From Gammaproteobacteria bacterium (lineage in GTDB: Bacteria > Pseudomonadota > Gammaproteobacteria > Chromatiales > Chromatiaceae): a DNA stretch of 64,000 bases. The notes under the pieces are model-generated. The model searched no databases. It was not told the DNA's origin and saw only the letters and a list, made by a program, of their open reading frames with translations. The position numbers and the translations under genes are program-made. Below, one piece after another: positions 36,858 to 46,835 of this stretch (the stretch's first letter is position 1; each line of letters opens with the position of its first letter). The stretch lies in contig JAAELC010000373.1 of the NCBI GenBank assembly GCA_024227135.1, positions 4,162 through 68,161 on the forward strand. Reading direction: 5' to 3'.

Positions 36858-37982
36858 GTGGATTTTGAACTGCTACTGAAACTTGTAGCTGAGAAAAGGG
36901 CTTCGGACCTTTTTATCACGGTGGGAATGCCCCCTTGCATCAAGCTTGATGGTCGTCTCATGCCGATTTCCAAGAAGCGGCTGGACGAAGAACAGACCAG
37001 GGACATGGTGCTGGGGACCATGTCTCCTGCCCAGCAAGAGGAGTTTGCCCAGACCAAGGAGTGCAATTTCGCCATCAGCTCCGCTGGTGGGGGGCGGTTC
37101 AGGGTAAGCGCATTCGTGCAGCGGAATTCGGTAGGGATGGTGTTACGTCGCATCGAGGGAATAATCCCCGAACTCGACGAACTGAAGCTGCCCCCGTTGC
37201 TGAAGGACCTTGCCATGACGAAGCGTGGTCTGGTGATCTTTGTCGGTGCCACGGGAACAGGAAAATCCACCTCGCTGGCCGCATTGATCGGCTTTCGAAA
37301 TCACAATAGCACCGGTCACATCGTTACCATCGAGGACCCGATCGAATTTACCCATCAGCACGCGGGTTGCATCGTCACCCAGAGAGAGGTGGGAATAGAT
37401 ACCGAATCCTATAATATTGCGCTCCAGAATACCCTGCGCCAGGCCCCGGATGTCATACTGATCGGAGAGATTCGCAGTCGGGATACCATGGATTATGCCA
37501 TTGCTTTTGCAGAAACCGGTCACCTGTGTCTTTCCACGCTTCATGCCAATAATGCCAACCAGGCGCTGGACCGTATCATCAATTTTTTCCCCGAAGAACG
37601 GCGGGACCAGTTATTCATGGACCTGTCATTGAATCTGAGGGCTATCGTTGCCCAGCAGCTGGTGCGGCGTACCGATGGGGATGGGCGGTTGGCGGCGGTT
37701 GAAATTCTGGTTAACACCCCCCTGGCTTCAGATCTGATAAGAAAGGGGGAGGTCCACAAGCTTAAAGACCTGATGAAGCGATCCACCGAGCAAGGCATGA
37801 TTACCTTCGATCAGGCGCTCTACACGCTCTACAAACAGGGTGAAATCAGTTACGAAGACGCCATTCTTTGCGCCGACAGCGCCAACGAGGTCCGTTTGAT
37901 GGTCAAGCTGGGCAGTGGGGAAGTGGATAAGTACCCCTCCAAGCTGGGATCGGTATCATTGCTGGACGATCAGGACTACTGA
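36858..37982 (+). CDS. pilU: PilT-family ATPase PilU
   Basis: 374 aa with a GTG start after a G-rich RBS. Motifs are ASDLFITVGMPPCIKLDG and Walker A GATGTGKST. It lies downstream of pilT. Confidence 0.9.
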   Translation: MDFELLLKLVAEKRASDLFITVGMPPCIKLDGRLMPISKKRLDEEQTRDMVLGTMSPAQQEEFAQTKECNFAISSAGGGRFRVSAFVQRNSVGMVLRRIEGIIPELDELKLPPLLKDLAMTKRGLVIFVGATGTGKSTSLAALIGFRNHNSTGHIVTIEDPIEFTHQHAGCIVTQREVGIDTESYNIALQNTLRQAPDVILIGEIRSRDTMDYAIAFAETGHLCLSTLHANNANQALDRIINFFPEERRDQLFMDLSLNLRAIVAQQLVRRTDGDGRLAAVEILVNTPLASDLIRKGEVHKLKDLMKRSTEQGMITFDQALYTLYKQGEISYEDAILCADSANEVRLMVKLGSGEVDKYPSKLGSVSLLDDQDY

Positions 37983-38038
37983 GCTGTACCCCCCGGGGTC
38001 GGCCCCCAGCAGGACGGTTATCCCCAAGCCCCCCGGAT

Positions 38039-38914
38039 TCAACCAAAAACTTCTCCGGCATCGAACACCGGTCCGTCTACGCACACCCGTTTCATTGCTT
38101 TGCCCTCATTCGTATTGAGTGGTACCACGCAACCGGCACATCCCCCCACACCACAGGCCATGTACTCCTCCAGGGATACCTGACAGGGCAGATCGAACTC
38201 TCTTGCCAGCTGCGCCACCGATTCCAGCATGATGTGGGGGCCGCAGGAAAGAATCTCCACTTCTGCCAGCACATTACTATCCAGTGTCTGCAGCCAGTGC
38301 CGTGCCAGGTCGGTGACGTACCCCTGGTGGCAACCAGCGAACCCCTGAAGGCTTGCCAGCCGGTTGGGAATACCCCAATCCTCCAGCAGAGGCATGCAGG
38401 CAATGACATCACCGGGTATGGAGGGTATCAGCATCCGGGATGGCTGGGGATGGAAAGGAAAGGGCACTTCCGAACCCAGGATGACCAGGGGGTGAAACCG
38501 TTCATCGCCGGCAAGCTGTTGGGAAAGAAAAATCATTGGAGGCATGCCGACACCGCCACCAATGAGCAGTGGGCGGGGACGTTGGTCGTGCAGTTGAAAG
38601 GGATTGCCAATGGGAGCCAGCATGCTCAGTGTCGACCCCTTTTTTTGTGTCGCGAGCAGTCGTGTGCCCGTTCCGACCACTTTATAAAGAAACTCTACCC
38701 ACCCCTCCCCGGGAGAGGTACGCATAATGGAAACGGGTCGGCGCATGAGCCTGGCGGGGTCTACCTGGATATGGGCGAAACTGCCCGGCCTGGCCGTTTC
38801 TGCACATTTGGGTGCCTGTACCTTGAGAACATACTGTTCGCCCTCGAATGGCTGATGCTCAAGAATTTCCGCTTGTTCGGGAAAGATGGTGTTTCGGTGG
38901 GTGCTAGATTTCAT
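38039..38914 (-). CDS. PyrK-like flavin reductase / 2Fe-2S electron-transfer subunit
   Basis: FAD/NAD(P)-binding fold (RPVSIM, LLIGGGVGMPP) and C-terminal cluster motif MACGVGGCAGCVV...VCVDGPVF. The start is uncertain, with 38980 and 39040 as alternatives. Confidence 0.7.
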   Translation of the reverse strand: MKSSTHRNTIFPEQAEILEHQPFEGEQYVLKVQAPKCAETARPGSFAHIQVDPARLMRRPVSIMRTSPGEGWVEFLYKVVGTGTRLLATQKKGSTLSMLAPIGNPFQLHDQRPRPLLIGGGVGMPPMIFLSQQLAGDERFHPLVILGSEVPFPFHPQPSRMLIPSIPGDVIACMPLLEDWGIPNRLASLQGFAGCHQGYVTDLARHWLQTLDSNVLAEVEILSCGPHIMLESVAQLAREFDLPCQVSLEEYMACGVGGCAGCVVPLNTNEGKAMKRVCVDGPVFDAGEVFG

Positions 38915-39057
38915 GTCGACTATCCGGGGTGAAAATTCTGGGACAATGGGGTGAGGCCACCGCTGGCGCGGAATGCCCATATCCAATGTCTCTGTGCCTG
39001 TCGTCCGAGTGGAGAAAAATCCAGTTTCGGCCGTTTTCATGATGGAGAGACTAACCG

Positions 39058-40347
39058 TCAGCCAGCATCATAAACGATTCTTCCCTCGAGTAGTGTGTGA
39101 GTAACGCGGCCGGTGAACTCCCAGCCAAGAAATGGGGTGTTATGGCCGGCGCTGACCAGATCCCGGGCGGTCAGTTGCCAGTTTGCTTCAGGGTCAAAAA
39201 TGCAGATATCGGCACTGGAGCCGATGCTAAGCCGCCCGTAGGGCAGTCCAAGAATGTCAGCGGGCCCACAGGTGAGTCTGGCGATGGCCTGAGAAAGGGT
39301 CAGTATTCTCTCTTCGACCAGCTTGAGGGTCAGCGGCAGTAGCGTCTCCAGAGCCGAGATACCGGGTTGAGTCGAGGGGAAGGGAGCCTCCTTTGAATCC
39401 GGTTCATGAGGTTGGTGGTCCGAGCAGATCGCGCCTATCACCCCTTGAGATACACCGTGACGAAGGGTATCCCGGTCCAGCAGGCTGCGTAACGGCGGGT
39501 TTACATGACATTGACTGTTGAAGCCCTCGATATCCATTTCTGTCAGGTGCAGCTGATGGGCTGCCACATCGGCGGAAACCGGCAGTCGCTGAGTGTGGGC
39601 CTGGGTCAGCATGGGTACTGAGGTGGCAGTGGAAAGGCCCCGGAAATGGATTCTGCAGCCGGTATACTCGGCAAGTGCCAGATCCCGGGCTACTGCCACG
39701 GTTTCCGCTGCTCCCGGAATTCCCGGCAGGCCGAGCCGGCTGCCGATCGGGCCCTCGTGCACGCAACCGTTATTCCGCAGGTGGTGATCTTCCGGTCGCA
39801 GCATGACCGTCATACCCAAGGTGGAGGCATACTCCAGGACACCACGCTCTACCCTTGTGTTTGCTAATGGATATTCTCCGTTGCTCAAAGCCACGCAACC
39901 TGCCTGCTGCAGTGCAGCCAGTTCACTCAGCCGGTTGCCTTCCAGGCCCTGGGTCAGAGCGCCCAGTGGAAGTAATCTTGCCAGCCCGATTCCGTCGGTA
40001 CGTTCCCTTACCAGCATCGCCATGGCCGGTGTATCTATTACCGGATCGGTGTCGGGCGGGCAGCAGAAAGTGGTGATACCCCCTTTGGCTGCTGCCCGGC
40101 TCTCGCTGCGCAGTGTCCCCTTATGTTCCAGGCCAGGTTCCCTGGGGCGGGCGCTTAGATCGACCAGTCCCGGGCAGACAATCCGTTCTTCTGCATTGAT
40201 AGTCAGGTCTGGCTTGAATCCCGCGTGAGGTTCGCCGACGGCGTGTATCCGGCCATCGGTCACGTAGAGGTCACAGGTTTCGTCGATTCCGTTCGCCGGA
40301 TCTATCAATCGACCATTGGCGATGCGCAGATTTCGTGGTGTGGTCAT
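39058..40347 (-). CDS. pyrC: Dihydroorotase-like protein (PyrC' type, ATCase-associated)
   Basis: 429-aa amidohydrolase-fold ORF overlapping pyrB by 4 bp, as for the non-catalytic PyrC' of Pseudomonas. Catalytic status cannot be judged from the sequence here. Confidence 0.8.
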   Translation of the reverse strand: MTTPRNLRIANGRLIDPANGIDETCDLYVTDGRIHAVGEPHAGFKPDLTINAEERIVCPGLVDLSARPREPGLEHKGTLRSESRAAAKGGITTFCCPPDTDPVIDTPAMAMLVRERTDGIGLARLLPLGALTQGLEGNRLSELAALQQAGCVALSNGEYPLANTRVERGVLEYASTLGMTVMLRPEDHHLRNNGCVHEGPIGSRLGLPGIPGAAETVAVARDLALAEYTGCRIHFRGLSTATSVPMLTQAHTQRLPVSADVAAHQLHLTEMDIEGFNSQCHVNPPLRSLLDRDTLRHGVSQGVIGAICSDHQPHEPDSKEAPFPSTQPGISALETLLPLTLKLVEERILTLSQAIARLTCGPADILGLPYGRLSIGSSADICIFDPEANWQLTARDLVSAGHNTPFLGWEFTGRVTHTLLEGRIVYDAG

Positions 40348-41315
40348 TTTCCGGTCACCTGCTGCGTCTCTATGGTCATTGACATGATTGCCATTCGTAT
40401 CGCAATGCCGAAACTCACCTGTTGAGGAATGACTGAGCGGGGGCCGTCTGCCACCTTTGAATCCAGCTCCACACCTCGGTTCATCGGGCCGGGGTGCAAT
40501 ATGATCACGTTCTGCTTTGCGGCCTGCAAACGTTCCCCGGTGAGTCCGTAAAGACGAAAATACTCCTGTCCGCCTGGCAGAAGGGCACTATTCATCCGCT
40601 CTTTCTGCAATCGCAACAGGATAATGACGTCCGCATCATCGATACCTTCTTCCAGGTCATGGAAAACGTGCACCCCCAGTGTTCTGGTATCGGTCGGCAG
40701 TAATGTGGGCGGGCCGATTACCCGTACTTCGGAGGTACCCAGGGTGTTCAGGGCCAGAATCTGGGAACGGGCCACACCTGAGTGGAGTACGTCCCCGATG
40801 ATGGCCACCCGAAGACCAACGAATTCCTCTTTGTACCGACGAATCGTAAACATATCGAGCATCGCCTGGGTGGGATGGGCATGATGTCCGTCCCCTGCAT
40901 TGATCACACTGACATGGGGTGCCACATGGCGGGCAATGAAGTGGGCGGCTCCACTGTCCGGGTGGCGCACCACGAACAGGTCAACGTGCATCGCCTCCAG
41001 GTTGCGCAGGGTGTCCAGCAGCGTCTCATCCCCGGAAGTGGCGGGGATATTGATATCCAGGTTCAGCACGTCGGCAGACAGGCGTTTCGCCGCCACCTCA
41101 AAACTGGCCTGTAGTCGGGGGCTGGTATCAAAAAAAAGATTACAGATCACAGTACCAGTCAGCAGTGGTAACTTTTTTACCGTTCGTTGTGATTCTTCGG
41201 TGAAGGGCTCCGCAGCATCGAGAATCCGGGTCAGCACCTCTCGCTTGAGACCGTCGATAGTCAGGAAGTGCTTGAGTTTGTCTTCCCCGTTGAGCTGTAG
41301 GTTTGCGCTGTGCAT
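40344..41315 (-). CDS. pyrB: Aspartate carbamoyltransferase catalytic subunit
   Basis: 323 aa with STRT-like motif ([13 protein letters not shown] region), HPTQ ([10 protein letters not shown]) and HPGP ([10 protein letters not shown]). Confidence 0.92.
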   Translation of the reverse strand: MHSANLQLNGEDKLKHFLTIDGLKREVLTRILDAAEPFTEESQRTVKKLPLLTGTVICNLFFDTSPRLQASFEVAAKRLSADVLNLDINIPATSGDETLLDTLRNLEAMHVDLFVVRHPDSGAAHFIARHVAPHVSVINAGDGHHAHPTQAMLDMFTIRRYKEEFVGLRVAIIGDVLHSGVARSQILALNTLGTSEVRVIGPPTLLPTDTRTLGVHVFHDLEEGIDDADVIILLRLQKERMNSALLPGGQEYFRLYGLTGERLQAAKQNVIILHPGPMNRGVELDSKVADGPRSVIPQQVSFGIAIRMAIMSMTIETQQVTGK

Positions 41316-41348
41316 GTTAGTCCGAAAGTCGGTACCCGGCGTGGGGGT

Positions 41349-41585
41349 TCATTCAGGTGTGGGTGAAGTTGTCCCGGTGGCAGGTGATATCCGGGATGCC
41401 CGACGTTTCAGCCAGGCCGGGGGGGCGTGCAGGTGCATGGCACTCCCTACCCCTCCGGTGGGTGGAGCGGGCAAGGTCGGATTCGAGGGGCCGCTGGATT
41501 CGAGCAGGATACCGATGACATCAGACATTCTGACGATATCGCAGTCGATTCTGGTCGCTCCCATGATAAAGCCGTTACTGTTCAC
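41349..41585 (-). pseudogene. pyrR: Probable truncated remnant of pyrR
   Basis: The 78-aa ORF occupies the slot where pyrR sits in Pseudomonas (ruvX-pyrR-pyrB). RM-x22-TGG spacing matches the remembered PyrR N-terminus. The ruvX-pyrB spacer is only 259 bp, and the PRPP-binding motif is absent. Confidence 0.4.
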
Positions 41586-41973
41586 TGAGCCAGGTTTCCA
41601 GAATCAGCTTTGCCGCGATAGCATCCAGCTGCTCGATGTGCTTTAGCTGGTTTCCTGCCCGGTTTCGGGCTTCTCTGGAAGTGAGTCGTTCATCAACCAG
41701 GTGCACCTGCAGGTGGAAGCGTCCGTTCAGTTGCCGGGAAAAACGTTTAACCCGGCCTGCGATCTCCGCCTCTTCATCATTCAACTCGAAGGGCAGCCCC
41801 ACCACAAGTGCCTCCGGCTGCCAGGTTTCAATCAGTTGTCCTATGCGCTCCCAGTCCGGCTGATTCTTTACTGTTCTCAGGGTTTGCAGGGGCGAGGCGG
41901 TTCCGGTCAGTGTCTGGCCGACTGCAATACCGATCTTGGCCGTTCCGTAGTCAAAACCAAGCAAAGTCCCCAT
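41575..41973 (-). CDS. ruvX: Holliday junction resolvase-like / pre-16S rRNA nuclease RuvX (YqgF)
   Basis: 132 aa starting LLGFDYGTAKIGIAVG, with a C-terminal DERLTS motif. Confidence 0.9.
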   Translation of the reverse strand: MGTLLGFDYGTAKIGIAVGQTLTGTASPLQTLRTVKNQPDWERIGQLIETWQPEALVVGLPFELNDEEAEIAGRVKRFSRQLNGRFHLQVHLVDERLTSREARNRAGNQLKHIEQLDAIAAKLILETWLSEQ

Positions 41974-41979
41974 CAGCCC

Positions 41980-42546
41980 TTACGCATGGCCTGTCTCGCC
42001 GGAGAGCAGATTCAGGTCGATACCAAGCAAACCCGCGGCAGCTTCCCAGCGTTTCTCATCAGGCAGTTCGAAAATAATGGCTTCGTCAGCTGGCCCGTTG
42101 AGCCACGCATTGGTACCGAGCTCCTCTTCGAGTTGTCCCCCCGTCCAGCCCGCATAACCAAGTGCAATCAGTGTATTACGAGGGCCTTCACCGGCAATGA
42201 TCGAGCGCAGTATATCTCGTGATGTGGTGACGCTGATCTCCTGAGTGATGTTCAGCGTGGATTCCCACTGCCTTCCATCGTTGGTGTGCAGGACGAAACC
42301 CCGGTCGGTTTGCACCGGACCACCCAGGTAAATGAACTGCTCACCGTATGGGCTTTCTTTCTGATCGATTTCGAGTTGATCAAGAATTTCGTTCAGTTTC
42401 ATATCCGTCGGCCGGTTGATGACGATACCCATGGCACCTTCTTCATTGTGCTCGCAGATATAGGTAGCGGTATGAAAAAAATTCGCATCGCTCAGCCCGG
42501 GTATGGCGATCAGAAAATGATTGGTAAGGTCCACGCGTTCGTTCAT
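41980..42546 (-). CDS. yqgE: YqgE/AlgH family protein (UPF0301)
   Basis: LTNHFLIAIPGLSDANFFHTATYICEHNEEGAMGIVINRP. The ATG at 42546 gives 188 aa, whereas the track start is 42600. Confidence 0.88.
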   Translation of the reverse strand: MNERVDLTNHFLIAIPGLSDANFFHTATYICEHNEEGAMGIVINRPTDMKLNEILDQLEIDQKESPYGEQFIYLGGPVQTDRGFVLHTNDGRQWESTLNITQEISVTTSRDILRSIIAGEGPRNTLIALGYAGWTGGQLEEELGTNAWLNGPADEAIIFELPDEKRWEAAAGLLGIDLNLLSGETGHA

Positions 42547-42663
42547 CGGACAATTGTAACAGGTGAATTCCGAACAGCCAGCATGTTGGGGAATATCCAT
42601 CCTGCTGTACCACAGCGCTCGAAAACAAAACCGGGCGGGACAGCGTGTCGATTGACGCTTTTG

Positions 42664-42691
42664 GATATAAACAATCTCAGATTATGTTCAA
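42664..42691 (-). promoter_or_regulatory. Candidate sigma-70 promoter for the yqgE-ruvX-pyrB unit
   Basis: Minus-sense TTGAAC, a 16-nt spacer, then TATATC. It is embedded in an 8-bp inverted repeat TCGATTGA...TCAATCGA. Confidence 0.4.
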
Positions 42692-42752
42692 TCGATACAC
42701 TGTTTTGAGTATCCAGTCCCCCCGGCGATACACGCGGGTTAGATGGACGGCC

Positions 42753-43640
42753 TCAGTTAAAAGTATTGTTACTGCGGAACTGCCAGGTACGGATGATATC
42801 GATGACGTCGGTTTCCTCCCGGATTTCCGGTGGGAAAGGTGCAAATGGAGCAGAAAGCCTTACGATCCGAACTGCCGCATCGTCCAGCAGTTTGTGACCG
42901 GAGGATTTCTTGATATTGATGTCTCTGACGGAGCCATCCGCAAACAGGGCGACATGCAGAACCAGGTTGCCGTAGAGACGACGCCGTTTTGCCTCATCCG
43001 GGTAGTTCAGGTTACCGATGTTCTCCACCTTGCGTCGCCATGCTTCGAGATAGCTGGCGTATTTGTACTCCTGGGTGCTGGCGGTCACTCTCTTGTGCCG
43101 CAGACGCTTGGAATAGGCCCGGGTCTTTCGGTCCAGCTCGGTTGTCAGTCGGGATATTTCCCGATTGGTGCTGGCAATAAGCTGCTGGGCCGATAGTCGC
43201 TTCTTCTTACGGGGAGGAGATACCTTTTCCGGGGTTGAAGGGGATTTTCTGGGTGCCTCTTTTTTCTGTGTCAGTACCCGTTTCGGTGGTGGGGGTTCTA
43301 TGGGTTCCGCCGGGATATCCGCGGGCATTTCAACAGGCGTCTCTACCGGGATGTCCCGTGCCTGGACCGGCGATGGGGCGACTGTGGGTTTCTTCTTGCT
43401 GAGGATGGCGCCATCACCCTCCTGGCTGGTCGGGGCGAGAAAGTCCGGTTTCACGGTCTTTTCCGGTTTGACAGGCTGCGGTATGACGATAATTTTGAGT
43501 GTACGATCGGGATTTGGCGGAGGTTTGGGTTTTTCCATGGTAAAACCGACACCCAGGATTACAGCGGCATGAACGATCAGTGCCAGAAACAGCGTCAGAC
43601 CAAGTCTGTCGGTCTGGTGGATGGTGACCGCGGCACTCAT
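42753..43640 (-). CDS. TonB family energy transducer
   Basis: N-terminal TM segment, a Pro/Lys-rich spacer, and a C-terminal TonB domain (YPDEAKRRRLYGNLVLHVALFADGSV...SSGHKLLDDAAVRIV). Confidence 0.8.
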   Translation of the reverse strand: MSAAVTIHQTDRLGLTLFLALIVHAAVILGVGFTMEKPKPPPNPDRTLKIIVIPQPVKPEKTVKPDFLAPTSQEGDGAILSKKKPTVAPSPVQARDIPVETPVEMPADIPAEPIEPPPPKRVLTQKKEAPRKSPSTPEKVSPPRKKKRLSAQQLIASTNREISRLTTELDRKTRAYSKRLRHKRVTASTQEYKYASYLEAWRRKVENIGNLNYPDEAKRRRLYGNLVLHVALFADGSVRDINIKKSSGHKLLDDAAVRIVRLSAPFAPFPPEIREETDVIDIIRTWQFRSNNTFN

Positions 43641-44710
43641 GAGCCCCGGTTATTTCCCTTGGTATTTACGGCGGTCAATGGAGGGCTGATGACCAGGTCT
43701 CTGTAGGCGTCCAGCAGCACCAGCCGCTCCCGCATGGCCGGGTTCATGTGAAGTCTATCCTGGGTGTCTACCAGAAGCACAAATTCAATACCCATTTCCA
43801 TAGCGATGGTGTGCCATTTCTCCGGCCCCGCAATAAAGAGGGCAGTGGCCGCCGCATCCGCAGTGATAGCATCGTCATGAAGGACCGTTACCGATTTCGT
43901 TCCAACGGAGGGATAGCCGGTTCGTGGGTCGATTATATGGTGGTAATCCTTCCCTTTCCACGAGTAACGCCGTTCGTAGTTACCGGAAGTGAATACGCTC
44001 TCATCCCCCGATACTGAGATAGTACCCACTACCCCGGCACCGTTGGAACGTCGTATGGCGATATTCCAGGGTATACCCCTTCGGGAACCGATTGCCCGCA
44101 GATCACCCCCCGCGTTTACGATGGCATTTCTGATGCCCATCTCTTTCAGCCGGGTAACGGCCAGATCAATGCCATAACCTTTTCCGAAGGCCCCAAAGTC
44201 GAGTTTGACAGCAGGATTGGTGCTGTAGATCTCCGAGCCTTCGATTTCTATGTCAGTCATGCGGGGTGCGTTTTCCACCAGATCTTTGATCAGGCTGTCT
44301 GGGGGAGGGGAGTGGCCTTCCGGGTCGTCCTGGTGAAACCCCCAGGCATCTATCAACCGGCCTATGGCCGGGTTGAAAAGGTGCTGACTTTTCCCGGATA
44401 ACCGCTGACCCGATCTGATCAGCGGGAGCACCAGCGGGGGGGCTGTAAAGCGTTCACCTCTGGCGAACCCTTCGTTGACTCTTCCCAGTGGGCCGGGGTC
44501 CCAGGCATGCCATGCCTGGTGAAGTTCGAGGAACTCCTTCTCGATGGCCCTGGCTGCTGATTCCGCTTCCTGCTTTGTTGCTCCCACGATAGTGAGATCT
44601 ATCAGCGTACCAAAAGCAAGAAACCGGTCAGTAAATACCGGGCGTTCCGGATAACAGCCCGTGAGCAGCACCAGAAGCAGAGGGAGGTACTTTATCGCCG
44701 GAGAGCTCAT
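43637..44710 (-). CDS. apbE: FAD:protein FMN transferase (ApbE family lipoprotein)
   Basis: Lipobox LLVLLTGC plus ApbE motifs (FNPAIGRLIDAWGF, AFGKGYGIDLA, HHIIDPRTGYP). Confidence 0.85.
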   Translation of the reverse strand: MSSPAIKYLPLLLVLLTGCYPERPVFTDRFLAFGTLIDLTIVGATKQEAESAARAIEKEFLELHQAWHAWDPGPLGRVNEGFARGERFTAPPLVLPLIRSGQRLSGKSQHLFNPAIGRLIDAWGFHQDDPEGHSPPPDSLIKDLVENAPRMTDIEIEGSEIYSTNPAVKLDFGAFGKGYGIDLAVTRLKEMGIRNAIVNAGGDLRAIGSRRGIPWNIAIRRSNGAGVVGTISVSGDESVFTSGNYERRYSWKGKDYHHIIDPRTGYPSVGTKSVTVLHDDAITADAAATALFIAGPEKWHTIAMEMGIEFVLLVDTQDRLHMNPAMRERLVLLDAYRDLVISPPLTAVNTKGNNRGS

Positions 44711-44713
44711 GAC

Positions 44714-45664
44714 TCAGTCTTTCAGTCTGTCCTGGATCACATCCATCAGTCCAGCGGCAATATTGAGGTCGAACTGTTTGTCCAACTCTCTTATGCAGGT
44801 AGGACTGGTGACGTTGATTTCTGTCAGATAGTCACCGATAACATCCAGCCCGGCAAACAGGATACCCTTTTCTCTCAGTATCGGTGCTACTTCGGAGGCA
44901 ATCCAGAGGTCTCTTTCCGACAGCGGTATGCCAACCCCTTGTCCTCCGGTTGCCAGGTTGCCTCTGGTTTCCCCTGGTTTGGGGATTCTTGCCAGTGCAT
45001 AAGGTACCGGTGATCCATCGATCAGAAGGATGCGTTTATCCCCCGCGGTGATTTCCGGTATGAAACGCTGGAACATGGCATATCGGCGGCCATGGTCGGT
45101 CAGCGTTTCGATGATGACATTGAGATTGGGGTCCTGGTTGCGAATTCGGAATATGGAGGCTCCGCCCATGCCTCCCAGGGGCTTGACGATTACATCGGCG
45201 TGTTCTTCGATGAAATCAGCGGCCAGGCCATGTTGTCGCGTCACCAGTTGCGGAGGACAGCACTGGGGAAACCAGGTTGTGAAGAGTTTCTCGTTGCAGT
45301 CCCGCAGGCTGGATGGTCGGTTGATGACCAGGGTGCCCCTTACTTCTGCCCGTTCCAGCAGATAGGTGGAGTAGACATACTCCATGTCGAATGGCGGATC
45401 CTTCCGCATCAGCACGACATCCAGTTCGTCCAATGGTGCGATACACTCTTCTGCGACACTGTACCAGTCCTGGTTGCGGTCGATCAGGTTCAGTCGACGC
45501 ATGCGGGCGTTGCAGTGGTCGTTGAGCAGAAAAAGGTCTTCCGGCTGCATGTACCAGGAGTGCCAGCCCCGGGACTGAGCCTCAAGCAACATGGCAAAAG
45601 TGCTGTCCTTGTATACGGTGATGGATTCTATGGGGTCCATCACAACACCGAGCTCTATGGTCAT
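44714..45664 (-). CDS. gshB: Glutathione synthetase
   Basis: 316-aa ATP-grasp GshB (VLMRKDPPFDMEY, KPLGGMGGASIFR, RILLIDGSPV). Confidence 0.93.
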   Translation of the reverse strand: MTIELGVVMDPIESITVYKDSTFAMLLEAQSRGWHSWYMQPEDLFLLNDHCNARMRRLNLIDRNQDWYSVAEECIAPLDELDVVLMRKDPPFDMEYVYSTYLLERAEVRGTLVINRPSSLRDCNEKLFTTWFPQCCPPQLVTRQHGLAADFIEEHADVIVKPLGGMGGASIFRIRNQDPNLNVIIETLTDHGRRYAMFQRFIPEITAGDKRILLIDGSPVPYALARIPKPGETRGNLATGGQGVGIPLSERDLWIASEVAPILREKGILFAGLDVIGDYLTEINVTSPTCIRELDKQFDLNIAAGLMDVIQDRLKD

Positions 45665-46249
45665 GCTTCAATAATACCTTAATCGTGATTGATACGGATA
45701 CAGCAGTCCCGGGACCTCAGGAAAACCCTCGACAAGAGTGCGATCATCCCGGAAAAACCAGATTTTGCCATGAGTACCGGCAGATCGATTGAACTGACAG
45801 CAATTCCTTATGCTGGAGTAATCGGCCTGTTGTCGGGCATTCCTGCCCGGGAAGGCCAGTTGCTGCCAGTCAAGGCCATTTCATGTGAGGAACTGACTTC
45901 CTTATTGCGGTAACCTGCCTTGCTTGATAATGTTCCCCTAAAGTGTAGGCAGCAACCGGTCGATTACAGGTAAGTAGACGGTTGACATTAGCTGTTTCCT
46001 GGGATTTGCCCGTTCGGGTCGTATGGTGTCGAGGTAGCACAGGCTCCGGTTCTGAGGCGGAAACGCTTCTATTGTTGGGTTCTCTCATACAGTATCAGGC
46101 AGTGGGAAGACTGGATGGCTTTTGGTGAAGTTATCTCCTTCCAGTTTAGGGGAGAGCAGTATATATGGCCGAATGGCCCGATTCTTCCCCATGTCGGATA
46201 ACACCGATCAGTCACGGGATGTTCAAACGAAAGGAGGAGTGCATGACTT

Positions 46250-46651
46250 ATGAACGATGAGCAGCATGAGGACGTAGCCGGTCTCAAGGTAATGGTTATC
46301 GATGACAGCAAAACCATCCGCAGGACTGCTGAAATCCTCCTGAAAAAAGCAGGATGTCAGGTTTTTACTGCCACCGATGGTTTCGAGGCATTGGCGCTGA
46401 TTGCGGACAATCACCCCGACCTGATTTTTGTTGACATTATGATGCCAAGGCTGGATGGCTATCAGACCTGCGCGCTGATCAAGAACAACGAAGCATTCAA
46501 GCGGACTCCCGTTATCATGCTGTCGTCAAAAGATGGTCTGTTCGATCGTGCAAAAGGACGGATCGTGGGGTCGGAACAGTACCTCACAAAACCATTCACC
46601 AAGAAGGAATTGCTGGGTGCGATCAGACGCCACGCAAAAGCGGCGGCCTGA
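46250..46651 (+). CDS. pilG: Twitching-motility CheY-like response regulator PilG
   Basis: 133 aa with LKVMVIDDSKTIRRTAE...VDIMMPRLDGYQTCALIKNN...YLTKPF. AGGAGG lies 12 nt upstream. Confidence 0.9.
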   Translation: MNDEQHEDVAGLKVMVIDDSKTIRRTAEILLKKAGCQVFTATDGFEALALIADNHPDLIFVDIMMPRLDGYQTCALIKNNEAFKRTPVIMLSSKDGLFDRAKGRIVGSEQYLTKPFTKKELLGAIRRHAKAAA

Positions 46652-46835
46652 GCGGGCCGGGGTGATCAAGGTGGGTACTTCTCTCCAGTCACCTCCAGCT
46701 GGACTCCTGCCGGATGCCGGTTGTCGTTTGTACCAGATGATCAGCCTGGCAGCTGACAGGACAGATTTTTTTTACTTTTGTGAACCCTTACCACTAATAG
46801 TCCGGTACCAGACCGGGACTGAGTGATAACATCGA

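Noticed and set aside
40900-41646. Long antisense ORFs opposite real genes. Examples are 40900..41646 (248 aa, opposite pyrB), 31949..32761 (270 aa, opposite the dynamin-like gene), 52416..53258, 54117..54845 and 55005..55784 (opposite chpA), 4593..5282 (opposite livK) and 42645..43196 (opposite tonB).
   Set aside because: Each lies fully inside a gene with strong family motifs on the other strand. Their products are low-complexity and Arg/Pro/Gly-rich with no recognisable motifs, as expected for shadow ORFs in GC-rich DNA.
45689-45913. A 74-aa ORF in the gshB / pilG divergent region.
   Set aside because: No RBS, no recognisable motif, and it lies where the promoters for two divergent operons are expected. 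Evidence is insufficient to call a gene.
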